DNA of 64,000 nucleotides from an uncultured Gemmatimonadales bacterium (GTDB lineage Bacteria; Gemmatimonadota; Gemmatimonadetes; Gemmatimonadales; Gemmatimonadaceae): NCBI GenBank assembly GCA_963851265.1, contig CAWKNZ010000002.1, positions 96,001 to 160,000 of the forward strand, read 5' to 3'. Shown piece by piece: positions 56,216 to 64,000 of this stretch (position 1 is its first letter; each line of letters starts with the position of its first letter). The notes under the pieces were generated by a model. It saw only the letters and a program-made list of their open reading frames with translations, ran no database searches and was not told where the DNA came from. The position numbers and the translations under genes were made by a program.

Positions 56216-58339
56216 GTGTCCCTACGTTCGTCCGCACGCTGCCGCGTGCCCGCCGCGGTGCCCGTCGCCGTGCTTGCTGCCGCCGCGCTCTCCGGTTCCG
56301 CCGGTCGCCCGGCGTACGCGCAGACTACCCCTGCTACCACGGCGTCGACGGGTAGCACCGCCGGGAGCCCCGACCCGTTCGCCACCTTCCAGGCGTTCTC
56401 GACCAACCACATCGACTGGCCCGGGCCCAACCGCTTCCGCGGGGCGAGCGGCGCGCCCGGGCCCGACTACTGGCAGCAGCGCGCCGATTACACCATCGCC
56501 GCGACGCTCGACACCGCCAACGGCGGGACCGTGAGCGGACAGGTGACCATCCGCTACACGAACAACTCGCCCGACACGCTGCGGTTCGTCTGGCTACAAC
56601 TCGACCAGAATCTGTACCGGCCGGGGTCCAAGGGGTCGTCCATGTTCCCCGCCGACTCGCGCTGGGGCGTGCGCGGCTTTCAGGGTGGCTACGCGCTGAG
56701 CGAGGTGGCCGTCGACGGGCACGCGGTCGCGCCGCACACCGACGACACGATGACCCGCCTCGACCTGCCCGCGCCGATCGCACCGCGCGGCGGTCGCAGC
56801 ACGATCACGATGCGTTTCCGCTTCGCGGTCCCCGAGCACGGCAGCGACCGCATGGGGCGCGACGGGCGGCTGTACGAGATCGCGCAGTGGTACCCGCGCA
56901 TGGCGGTCTACGACGACGTCCGCGGCTGGAACACCGACCCGTACCTCGGTCAGGGCGAGTTCTACCTCGAGTACGGCGACATCGACTACGCCGTCACCGC
57001 CCCGGCAGGCTACGTGATCGCGGGGAGCGGCGTGCTGCAGAACCCGCAGGCCGTGCTCACCGCCGCCCAGCGCGAGCGCCTCGCCCACGCGCGCACGCTC
57101 ACGGCACAGCCGGGGCGCCCCGAGACGGTCGCGCAGGTCATCACCCAGGCCGAGGCGGACGCGGCGGGACGCGCGAGCGTGGCCGGAACCAGGACGTGGC
57201 GCTTTCGCGCGACCAACGTGCGCGACGTGGCGTGGGCCGGCGCGCCCGACTTCCGCTGGGACGCGACGAGCTGGAACGGCGTGACCTGTCAGGCTTACTA
57301 CGAGTTCCCCAAGGCCGGCCGCGCGTGGGAGAGCGGTGCGGAGCAGACCTGCTGGACCATCCGCACCTACAGCGGGCTCTGGTTCCCCTTCCCGTACCCG
57401 CAGGCGACCAGCGTGGCCGGGCCGGTAGGCGGAATGGAGTACCCGATGTTCGTCATGGTGCACTACGGCAGCGCCGACCCCGCGTCGATCTTCGGCACCG
57501 TCGACCACGAGCACGGCCACGAGTGGTTTCCGATGATCGTCGGCTCCAACGAGCGGCGGTACGCGTGGCAGGACGAGGGGTTCAACACGTACCAGAACAC
57601 CTTCAGTCTGGAGCGGCGCTTCCCGAGCGCGGTGAGTCCGCTCGTGAGCTACCTCGCCAACTGGCGCCAGGTGGTCGCGAACAACACGCAGTCGCCGCTG
57701 ATGACCGCACCCGACCACGTCGACGCCTCCGCGCTCGGCGCGATCGCGTACCGGAAGCCGGGGGCGGTGATGCTCGCGCTGCGCAACGCCGTGGTCGGCC
57801 CCGAGACGTTCGACCGGGCAATGCGCGAGTACGTGCGGCGGTGGGCGTTCAAGCACCCCACCCCCGGGGACTTTTTTCGCACGGTCGAGAACGTGTCGGG
57901 GACCGACCTGTCGTGGTACTGGCGGAGCTTCTGGTACACCACGGACGTGCTCGACATCGGGATCGAGAACGTGACCAACCGGACATCCGGCGGTCCGGGC
58001 GCCGCGGGCGCCGCGGGCGCCGCGGGCGAGACGATCGCGACGATCACGTTGCGCCGGTATTCGAGCATCCCGTTTCCGCCGATCCTGCGGCTCCGGCTCG
58101 CCGACGGCACCACGCGCGACGTGCGCGCGCCCGTCGACCTGTGGGCGCGGCCGGCGACGGGGGACCGCATCGAGCTGTCGGTGAGCGTGCCGTCGGCGGT
58201 GACCGGCGCGCGGCTCTGGCCGAACGGCAGTGTCCCGGATTTCAACGCGGCCAACGACACCTGGGGGAACGCGCCGGCGGCCGATCCGGTTGGCCCGGTG
58301 AGTGGCGGGGGGATGGCCGGGGCCGTGGCCGGCCGATAG
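56216..58339 (+). CDS. M1 family metallo-aminopeptidase, secreted
   Basis: GGMEYP, HEHGHEW + WQDEG, AYRKPG; start approximate. Confidence 0.92.
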   Translation: MSLRSSARCRVPAAVPVAVLAAAALSGSAGRPAYAQTTPATTASTGSTAGSPDPFATFQAFSTNHIDWPGPNRFRGASGAPGPDYWQQRADYTIAATLDTANGGTVSGQVTIRYTNNSPDTLRFVWLQLDQNLYRPGSKGSSMFPADSRWGVRGFQGGYALSEVAVDGHAVAPHTDDTMTRLDLPAPIAPRGGRSTITMRFRFAVPEHGSDRMGRDGRLYEIAQWYPRMAVYDDVRGWNTDPYLGQGEFYLEYGDIDYAVTAPAGYVIAGSGVLQNPQAVLTAAQRERLAHARTLTAQPGRPETVAQVITQAEADAAGRASVAGTRTWRFRATNVRDVAWAGAPDFRWDATSWNGVTCQAYYEFPKAGRAWESGAEQTCWTIRTYSGLWFPFPYPQATSVAGPVGGMEYPMFVMVHYGSADPASIFGTVDHEHGHEWFPMIVGSNERRYAWQDEGFNTYQNTFSLERRFPSAVSPLVSYLANWRQVVANNTQSPLMTAPDHVDASALGAIAYRKPGAVMLALRNAVVGPETFDRAMREYVRRWAFKHPTPGDFFRTVENVSGTDLSWYWRSFWYTTDVLDIGIENVTNRTSGGPGAAGAAGAAGETIATITLRRYSSIPFPPILRLRLADGTTRDVRAPVDLWARPATGDRIELSVSVPSAVTGARLWPNGSVPDFNAANDTWGNAPAADPVGPVSGGGMAGAVAGR

Positions 58340-58481
58340 ATGGCCCGCGCGACTCCGTACACGCCCGGACTGACCGCACGGCCAGTAGCGTGTAGATTCC
58401 CCTGTCCGTCCCACGGAAACGCCCGTTTAGGCGGGGTATGTTGATCGTTCGTTCACCCCTCACCTCCCTGGAGCCTTCGTC

Positions 58482-59297
58482 ATGCCCGAGTTCGGAAGCT
58501 GGGCGTCCCACTGGTGGATGCCGGTGCTGTTCATCGTCGTCGCCGGTCACCTCACCAACGTGTGTGTCACCCTCTTCCTGCACCGCGCGCAGACCCACCG
58601 GGGGGTGAAGTTCCACCCGCTGGCCGAGGTGCCGATGCGCGTGTGGCTGTGGATGTCGACCTCGATCAAGACCAAGGAGTGGGTGGCCTGCCACCGCAAG
58701 CACCACGCGTTCGCCGACCGCGAGGGCGACCCGCACTCGCCGCTCGTCGAGGGGCTGCGCAACATCATGCTCAAGGGCGCCTTCTACTACCGCCACGCGG
58801 TGCGTCAGCCGGGCGTGCTGGAGAAGTACGGCCGCGGCACGCCGAGCGACTGGCTGGAGCGGCACGTGCTGAACAAGCGCTCGCAGCTCGGCATCCTCAC
58901 GATGCTCGGCGTCGACCTGTGGCTCTTCGGCTGGTTCGTCGGCCCGCTCGTCTGGGGCGTCCAGATGATCTGGATCCCGTTCTGGGCGGCGGGCGTGATC
59001 AACGGCGTGGGCCACGCGCTCGGGTACCGCAACTACGACGTGAAGGACGAGAGCCGCAACATCTCGCCGATCGCGATCTGGATCGCCGGCGAGGAGCTGC
59101 ACAACAACCACCACGCCGACCCGCATTCGGCGCGCTTCAGCCACAAGTGGTTCGAGTTCGACATCGGATGGGTCTATATCCGCCTGCTGTCGCTGTTCGG
59201 GCTGGCGCAGGTCAAGTACGCGCGCGGCGTGGACGGCCACGACCGCGACGCCGGCGACGACCCGACGGCGCGCGTGATGCCCGGCATGGCCGCGTAA
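58482..59297 (+). CDS. Fatty-acid (delta-9 type) desaturase
   Basis: His boxes HRAQTH, HRKHH, HNNHH. Confidence 0.93.
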   Translation: MPEFGSWASHWWMPVLFIVVAGHLTNVCVTLFLHRAQTHRGVKFHPLAEVPMRVWLWMSTSIKTKEWVACHRKHHAFADREGDPHSPLVEGLRNIMLKGAFYYRHAVRQPGVLEKYGRGTPSDWLERHVLNKRSQLGILTMLGVDLWLFGWFVGPLVWGVQMIWIPFWAAGVINGVGHALGYRNYDVKDESRNISPIAIWIAGEELHNNHHADPHSARFSHKWFEFDIGWVYIRLLSLFGLAQVKYARGVDGHDRDAGDDPTARVMPGMAA

Positions 59298-59345
59298 CGC
59301 CGCGCCGCGGCGGCCGCAGCACCACCGCTGCACCGCGAGCCCCCC

Positions 59346-59381
59346 AAACGCCCCACGCCTCTCGGCGCGGGGCGTTTTGTT
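59346..59381 (+). terminator. Intrinsic terminator
   Basis: AAACGCCCCACGCC-TCTC-GGCGCGGGGCGTTT-TGTT. Confidence 0.7.
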
Positions 59382-59423
59382 GCGTGATGGTTAGATTGTA
59401 GGCGCAACCCCGAACCCCGCCCC

Positions 59424-59711
59424 ATGCCCGACGTCGTGACCTGCTCCCGCTGCGGCCAGACCCGCCCCGGATTCGAGCGCCCCCCGGTGGGCGTCGCCGG
59501 CGCGGCCGGCGCGCGCATCGCGGCCGAGATCTGCCAGCAGTGCTGGGCCGACTGGCTCAAGCAGCAGACGATGCTCATCAACCACTACGGCCTCAACCTG
59601 ATGGACCCGCAGGCCCGCACCTTCCTCTCGCGCAACCGCGACGCCTACCTGTTCAAGGCCGGACGCGAGGAGGAGGTCGACACCTCGCGCCAGGGCACGG
59701 TCGCCTGGTAG
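59424..59711 (+). CDS. Fe(II)-trafficking / oxidative damage protection protein (YggX family)
   Basis: G.RI..EIC..CW..WLKQQTMLINHYGLNLMDPQAR.FL. Confidence 0.88.
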   Translation: MPDVVTCSRCGQTRPGFERPPVGVAGAAGARIAAEICQQCWADWLKQQTMLINHYGLNLMDPQARTFLSRNRDAYLFKAGREEEVDTSRQGTVAW

Positions 59712-59819
59712 ATGCGCGGCGGGTCCGGCCACCCCGCGGACGGTGCACGCCGTGAGATCCACGGCGTGCACTTCATGGCCTGAACGGTCGTCCGCTTCCG
59801 TAAGCCTTCGTACGCCCTC

Positions 59820-60563
59820 ATGAGCCCTGCGCTAGCCGCTTCGACCCCCGCCGCCCGCACGCGCACCGCCGCGCGCCGGGGCGGCGGCCGGGACAGCACC
59901 TATACGATCGACCTTGTCGTGCTCACCGTCGTCGACGGCGAGCTCGGCGTCGCGCTCACGCGCGCGGACGCGCACCCGACCGCCAAGGCCGGCGTGCGGC
60001 CGCGGGAGCGCTGGTCGCTGCCGTGGGAAGGCGGCGCGGCCGACGAGCCCCTGCAGGCGGCCGCCACGCGCGTGGCGGCCGACGTGCTCGGCGAGGCGCC
60101 CGGCTGGCTGGAACAGATCGGCGCCTTCGGCGACGGGCGGCGTCACCCCGCGCCGGCGCCGCTCTCGGTCGCGTACGTGGCGCTCGTGCCCGCCGCCGGC
60201 GCGCCCGAAGCCGAGAGCGGGGCGGAGTTCTTCGCCATGAGCGCGCTGCCGCCGCTCGCGCCGCGGCAGCGCGCGATGGTCGACGCCGCCGTCGCGCACG
60301 TGCGCAGCCGCGTCGGCCAGGCGCCGGTCGCGTTCCGCCTGCTGCCGCCGAGCTTCACGCTGAGTGAGCTCCAGGAGCGCTACGAACTCCTCCTCGGCCG
60401 CCAGCTGCACAAGGCCAGCTTCCGGCGCGCGCTCCAGGGCGCGCGCATCGTCGAGCCCACCGACGTGTGGCGCAGCGAGGGGCGGGGGCGGCCGGCGCAG
60501 CTGTTCCGGTACGCGTCGCGCCGCAAGAAGGTCGCCCCGCGGGGCGTGCGCTTCGACACCTGA
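59820..60563 (+). CDS. NrtR-family Nudix-wHTH transcriptional regulator
   Basis: IDLVVLT, WSLP, LEQIGAFGD..R.P, SVAY, FTLSELQ..YE..LG..L.KASFRR, GRPAQLF. Confidence 0.88.
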   Translation: MSPALAASTPAARTRTAARRGGGRDSTYTIDLVVLTVVDGELGVALTRADAHPTAKAGVRPRERWSLPWEGGAADEPLQAAATRVAADVLGEAPGWLEQIGAFGDGRRHPAPAPLSVAYVALVPAAGAPEAESGAEFFAMSALPPLAPRQRAMVDAAVAHVRSRVGQAPVAFRLLPPSFTLSELQERYELLLGRQLHKASFRRALQGARIVEPTDVWRSEGRGRPAQLFRYASRRKKVAPRGVRFDT

Positions 60564-60962
60564 GCGCCGCGTAGTATCCGGACGCGGGTGGCCATGCGGC
60601 CACCCGCGTCGTGCATTGGCGACCTGAGGCCGCGACGTGAGTGCGGCGCCGTCACGTCGGAATTGCGGCGAGCACGTGATCTGTGCCGCGGGCGGGCCAC
60701 AGCTGGTGTGTACCCGAACCGGTTCGATGGTACGATTTCTTGTTCGGGAGTGTTAGATTATGGCCTCAACGTCCGATGCGTGGTTCACGTAATCGGACGC
60801 GAATGGCTCAATGCACGACCGCGACGCGTTGCTGCAGCGTGCGGGGAAGTTGGAAGCCGGCGTGCACGTCGCGGGGCATGGCGAGCGGGCACGACGTCAA
60901 CATCATCGGCAACGCCCCGCCCGTCTGGCCACGGGTGGGGACAGGACATCACTGGAGGGGTC

Positions 60963-61172
60963 ATGCGAAAGCCACGTCCGAACACGTACAACCCGGCGCA
61001 GGCGCTCCACCTCATCACCACCGACCGCGCGGGTTCCGCATTGAGCTGTCCGTCCTGTTCTGGTTCGATCGAGCGTGACCCGGGACTCGCGCCCCCCCCG
61101 CCCCGCGTGCACGTGACGTTGCGATGCACGACGTGCGGCCGCTTCGCCCGCTACATCGCCGGAGCCGCGTGA
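60963..61172 (+). CDS. Small zinc-ribbon protein (69 aa)
   Basis: GGAGGGG RBS; CPSC...CTTC. Confidence 0.7.
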   Translation: MRKPRPNTYNPAQALHLITTDRAGSALSCPSCSGSIERDPGLAPPPPRVHVTLRCTTCGRFARYIAGAA

Positions 61173-61335
61173 TATCGCCGTGACGTCGTGATTTCTGTGT
61201 GACCACGGAGCGTGGGGCGTGCACGGATTTTGCCGGCTCGCCCCATGCTCTTCCACACGCTCCGCCGTGGGCGGCGTGGATTCCGCTCCACCGTCACGCG
61301 CCCAGATTTCGCACCGGGCAAGAGGGACGTTTCAC

Positions 61336-61545
61336 ATGGCTCGTATGACCGGTACCGTGAAGTGGTTCAACGATGCGAAGGGTTTCGGCTTCATCGCACG
61401 CGAGGGCGGCCCCGACGTGTTCGTTCACTTCAGCGCCATCCAATCGTCCGGATTCAAGAGCCTGGCGGAGGGTGATCAGGTGGAGTTCGAGATCGTGCAG
61501 GGGCAGAAGGGCCCACAGGCCGCAAACGTCACGAAAGCCGGCTGA
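61336..61545 (+). CDS. cspA: Cold-shock protein (CspA family)
   Basis: [32 protein letters not shown]. Confidence 0.95.
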   Translation: MARMTGTVKWFNDAKGFGFIAREGGPDVFVHFSAIQSSGFKSLAEGDQVEFEIVQGQKGPQAANVTKAG

Positions 61546-61571
61546 TCTCCGCCGCGAACCTCGCGGAGCGA

Positions 61572-61620
61572 GACGAGAGAGGGGGGCGGGGCCGCATCGG
61601 CCCCGCCCCCCTCTCTCGTC
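61572..61620 (+). terminator. 23-bp perfect-stem hairpin after the csp gene
   Basis: GACGAGAGAGGGGGGCGGGGCCG-CAT-CGGCCCCGCCCCCCTCTCTCGTC; no U-tract. Confidence 0.65.
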
Positions 61621-61672
61621 CGTGTACGTCGGCGCGCTCATGCAGGCCCGAACGGGGCGGTATATTCTCGCC

Positions 61673-62053
61673 ATGCCGTCCGGTTATGAGGGCTCGGAAT
61701 GGGGCGCGACGCGAGCCGGCGCGCACGGTGCGGTGACTCCCGACATGGCCCCCCGCGAACTCGCGGAGCGCCTGCGCGGACCGCGCCCGCCCACGGTGAT
61801 CGACGTGCGCGAACCGTGGGAGCACCGCGTCGCGCACATCCCGGGATCGCGACTCGTGCCACTCCGGTCGCTGCCGGCGGCGCTGTCGACGTTCGATCCG
61901 GGCGAAGAGTACGTGCTACTCTGCCACCACGGGGTGAGAAGTCTGGAAGGGGTACACCTGCTCCGGGGGCGAGGACTGACGAGAGTGGCGCACCTCGCGG
62001 GGGGGATCGACGCGTGGAGCCGGGAGGTGGACGGCGAAGTACCGAGGTACTAG
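61673..62053 (+). CDS. Rhodanese-like domain protein
   Basis: IDVREPWE..HIPG, CHHGVRS, LAGGIDAW...VPRY. Confidence 0.9.
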   Translation: MPSGYEGSEWGATRAGAHGAVTPDMAPRELAERLRGPRPPTVIDVREPWEHRVAHIPGSRLVPLRSLPAALSTFDPGEEYVLLCHHGVRSLEGVHLLRGRGLTRVAHLAGGIDAWSREVDGEVPRY

Positions 62054-62115
62054 CCGCGAGCTCCCAGCCCGGAGCGCGTGGTCCACTCGTTAGGCCTTAG
62101 AGGACTCGGACGCGG

Positions 62116-63039
62116 ATGACCACAGCATGGCGCTCCCGCCGAGCCGCCCGGCACGAGCAGGCCGTCTCGGCCCGCCTCACGACGGGGTCCGACGGCATCG
62201 TGATCGGCGCGCACCCGCTCGCGCTGGACGCCCCCGGCGACCGTGCCGCCCTCATCCTGCACGGATTCGGCGACACGCCCGAGAGCGTATCCACCGTCGC
62301 CCACCACTTGCACGCACGCGGGTGGACCGTGCGCGCGCCGTTGCTCGCCGGACACGGACGAAGCCTGCAGAGCTTCGCCCGGTCGCGGGCCGAGGACTGG
62401 ATCGGGAGCGCGCGCGAGGCACACACCGCACTCGCGGCGAGCGGGGCGAGGGTCGCGGTCGTCGGGCAGTCGCTCGGCGCGGCGCTCGCGGTCGTGCTCG
62501 CGGCCGACGCGCGTGCCACCGACGGGCCAGCGGCCGCGGGAGCCCTCGTCCTCCTCGCGCCGTACCTCGCGCTCCCCGCGAGTGTGCGCTGGGGGGCTCG
62601 GCTCGCGCCGCTCCTCGCGCTCGCCACGCCTTACCTCTCGAGCAACGGGGGGGAGCGCTCGCTCCACGATCCCGAAGCGCGGGCCGCCGCGCGCGGCCCG
62701 GGCGTGGTGACGCCGGGCCTCGTGCGCGAGCTCGCGCGCGCGGTCGGGTGGGCGCAGGCCGCGCTGCCGAGCGTCGCGGCGCCGACGCTCATCGTCGCGT
62801 CACGACAGGACAATCGCGTCGCACCGGCGACGCTCGCGAGGGTCGCCGCGCGGCTCGGCGGCGCGGCGGACGGCGCGCGGTCCCCCGAATTCATCTGGCT
62901 CGACCGCTGTGGTCACGTCATCGCCGCGGACTACGAGCGCGAGACGGTCGCCGAACACACCGCGGCGTGGCTCGACGCGCACGTTCTCTCGGCCACGCCC
63001 ACGGTCGGCGCGCCCTCCGCCCCGTCCGTCGATGTCTGA
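62116..63039 (+). CDS. Carboxylesterase (alpha/beta hydrolase)
   Basis: LHGFG, L.GHG, GQSLG, QDNRV, GHVI. Confidence 0.88.
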   Translation: MTTAWRSRRAARHEQAVSARLTTGSDGIVIGAHPLALDAPGDRAALILHGFGDTPESVSTVAHHLHARGWTVRAPLLAGHGRSLQSFARSRAEDWIGSAREAHTALAASGARVAVVGQSLGAALAVVLAADARATDGPAAAGALVLLAPYLALPASVRWGARLAPLLALATPYLSSNGGERSLHDPEARAAARGPGVVTPGLVRELARAVGWAQAALPSVAAPTLIVASRQDNRVAPATLARVAARLGGAADGARSPEFIWLDRCGHVIAADYERETVAEHTAAWLDAHVLSATPTVGAPSAPSVDV

Positions 63040-63754
63040 GCTCGGCGCCCGATCGTTCTTCGTCGCGGGTGCGACGGGGTACGTGGGGCGAGCGACGGTC
63101 GGCGCGTCGGCCCGCGCGACCGGCGTGCGCGCCGTGGCGCACGTGCGACCGGACTCGCCCGCGCTCGCCACGTGGCGCACGCGGTTCGAGGCGCTCGGTG
63201 CCGCGGTGGACGCGACCCCCTGGGACGAGGACGCGCTCACGGCAACGCTCGCGCGAATCCGACCGGCCGTCGTGTTCGCCCTGCTCGGAACGACGCGCAA
63301 GCGCGGCGCGACGAGCGGGGACACCTACGAGAGCGTCGACTACGGCCTCACGGCGCGGCTCTTCCGCGCAACGGTCCGGGCGGCCGGCGCGAACTCGGCC
63401 GCTCCACGCTTCGTCTACCTCTCGGCGTTGGGCGCGGACGCCCGATCTCGGAACCCGTACCTCGCCGTGCGCGGACGGTTCGAGCGCGAGCTGCGCGAGG
63501 GACCGCTCCCATGGACGATCGTGCGACCGAGCTTCATCACCGGGCCGGACCGGGAAGAGTCACGCCCTGCGGAGCGCATCGGCGCGGCCGTGGTCGACGC
63601 GCTCGCGGCGCCCGTCGCGTTGTTCGGCGTGCGCCGTTTGGCCGACCGGTACCGCTCGATCTCGGGTACCGCGCTGGCCGCCGAGTTGGTGCGACTCGCC
63701 GACGATCCGCGAGCCGCCGGGGCGGTGCGGGAGGCCGACGCGCTGCGCCCGTAG
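63032..63754 (+). CDS. NAD(P)-binding Rossmann protein (atypical SDR)
   Basis: VAGATGYVG, LGTT, VDY, FVYLSALGA, VRPSFI.G.DR.E.RP.E. Confidence 0.85.
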   Translation: MSELGARSFFVAGATGYVGRATVGASARATGVRAVAHVRPDSPALATWRTRFEALGAAVDATPWDEDALTATLARIRPAVVFALLGTTRKRGATSGDTYESVDYGLTARLFRATVRAAGANSAAPRFVYLSALGADARSRNPYLAVRGRFERELREGPLPWTIVRPSFITGPDREESRPAERIGAAVVDALAAPVALFGVRRLADRYRSISGTALAAELVRLADDPRAAGAVREADALRP

Positions 63755-63874
63755 GCGCTGCACCATGGGCGACCCCCACCGTCGTCTCCAGGAGGTGGCT
63801 GGTTGCTCCGCCGATGCCAGGGCGATAACGTCGCCCGCTCTCGTGCAGCCCGCTCCCCTCCCCGCCGCTCCCCG

Positions 63875-64000
63875 ATGCGCTTCGTCGTCCGCCGTGCTCT
63901 GCTCGCGGCCACCATCCTCGTCGCCGCGTGCGGGCCCGGGCGCGAGGTGTCTCGCGCGCCGCTGAACCCCGACCCCGCCACCAACACCTACGCGCCAGCA
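63875..64000 (+). CDS. Lipoprotein, N-terminal fragment (runs off window end)
   Basis: MRFVVRRALLAATILVAAC lipobox. Confidence 0.6.
   Translation, partial: MRFVVRRALLAATILVAACGPGREVSRAPLNPDPATNTYAPA

Noticed and set aside
59990..60100. Degenerate Nudix box in the NrtR-like protein
   Set aside because: Loss of catalytic residues is normal for NrtR regulators

Overview
Very GC-rich (roughly three-quarters G+C by eye) bacterial chromosomal segment. Gene content (PEP-CTERM proteins, many lipoproteins) suggests a Gemmatimonadota-like organism; this is inference only. 1-11.6 kb is a minus-strand Wzx/Wzy-type exopolysaccharide locus: Wzz-like protein, short OPX plus separate OM beta-barrel, fused priming phosphoglycosyltransferase, GT2-acetyltransferase fusion, LbH-ACP and LbH-FkbH fusions with degenerate active sites, and a flippase. 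It is preceded by three secreted glycan-active proteins (GH44, FN3-GH18, ricin-DUF1996). 17-22 kb: methyltransferase, uxuA, PEP-CTERM protein, acetoacetate-CoA ligase. 22.7-26.5 kb: a two-gene CHAT caspase-like protease + alpha/beta-hydrolase module beside tRNA-Phe; both proteins share a P-x-L-L-[G/S] motif that looks like a cleavage site (best candidate for a new system). 27-64 kb is mostly housekeeping: queF, rhomboid, ddl, CBS, TonB, metallopeptidase, glutaminyl cyclase, mutS, SPOR, holA, phosphatases, S8 and M1 peptidases, TetR-SDR-ACAD-RNB operon, desaturase, YggX, NrtR, CspA, rhodanese. Across the window the non-palindromic heptamer GCCTAAC/GTTAGGC occurs 28 times by manual count, mostly inside genes using rare TTA codons. 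No CRISPR array, rRNA, integrase or transposase was seen. All product calls come from motif recognition by eye, not database searches.
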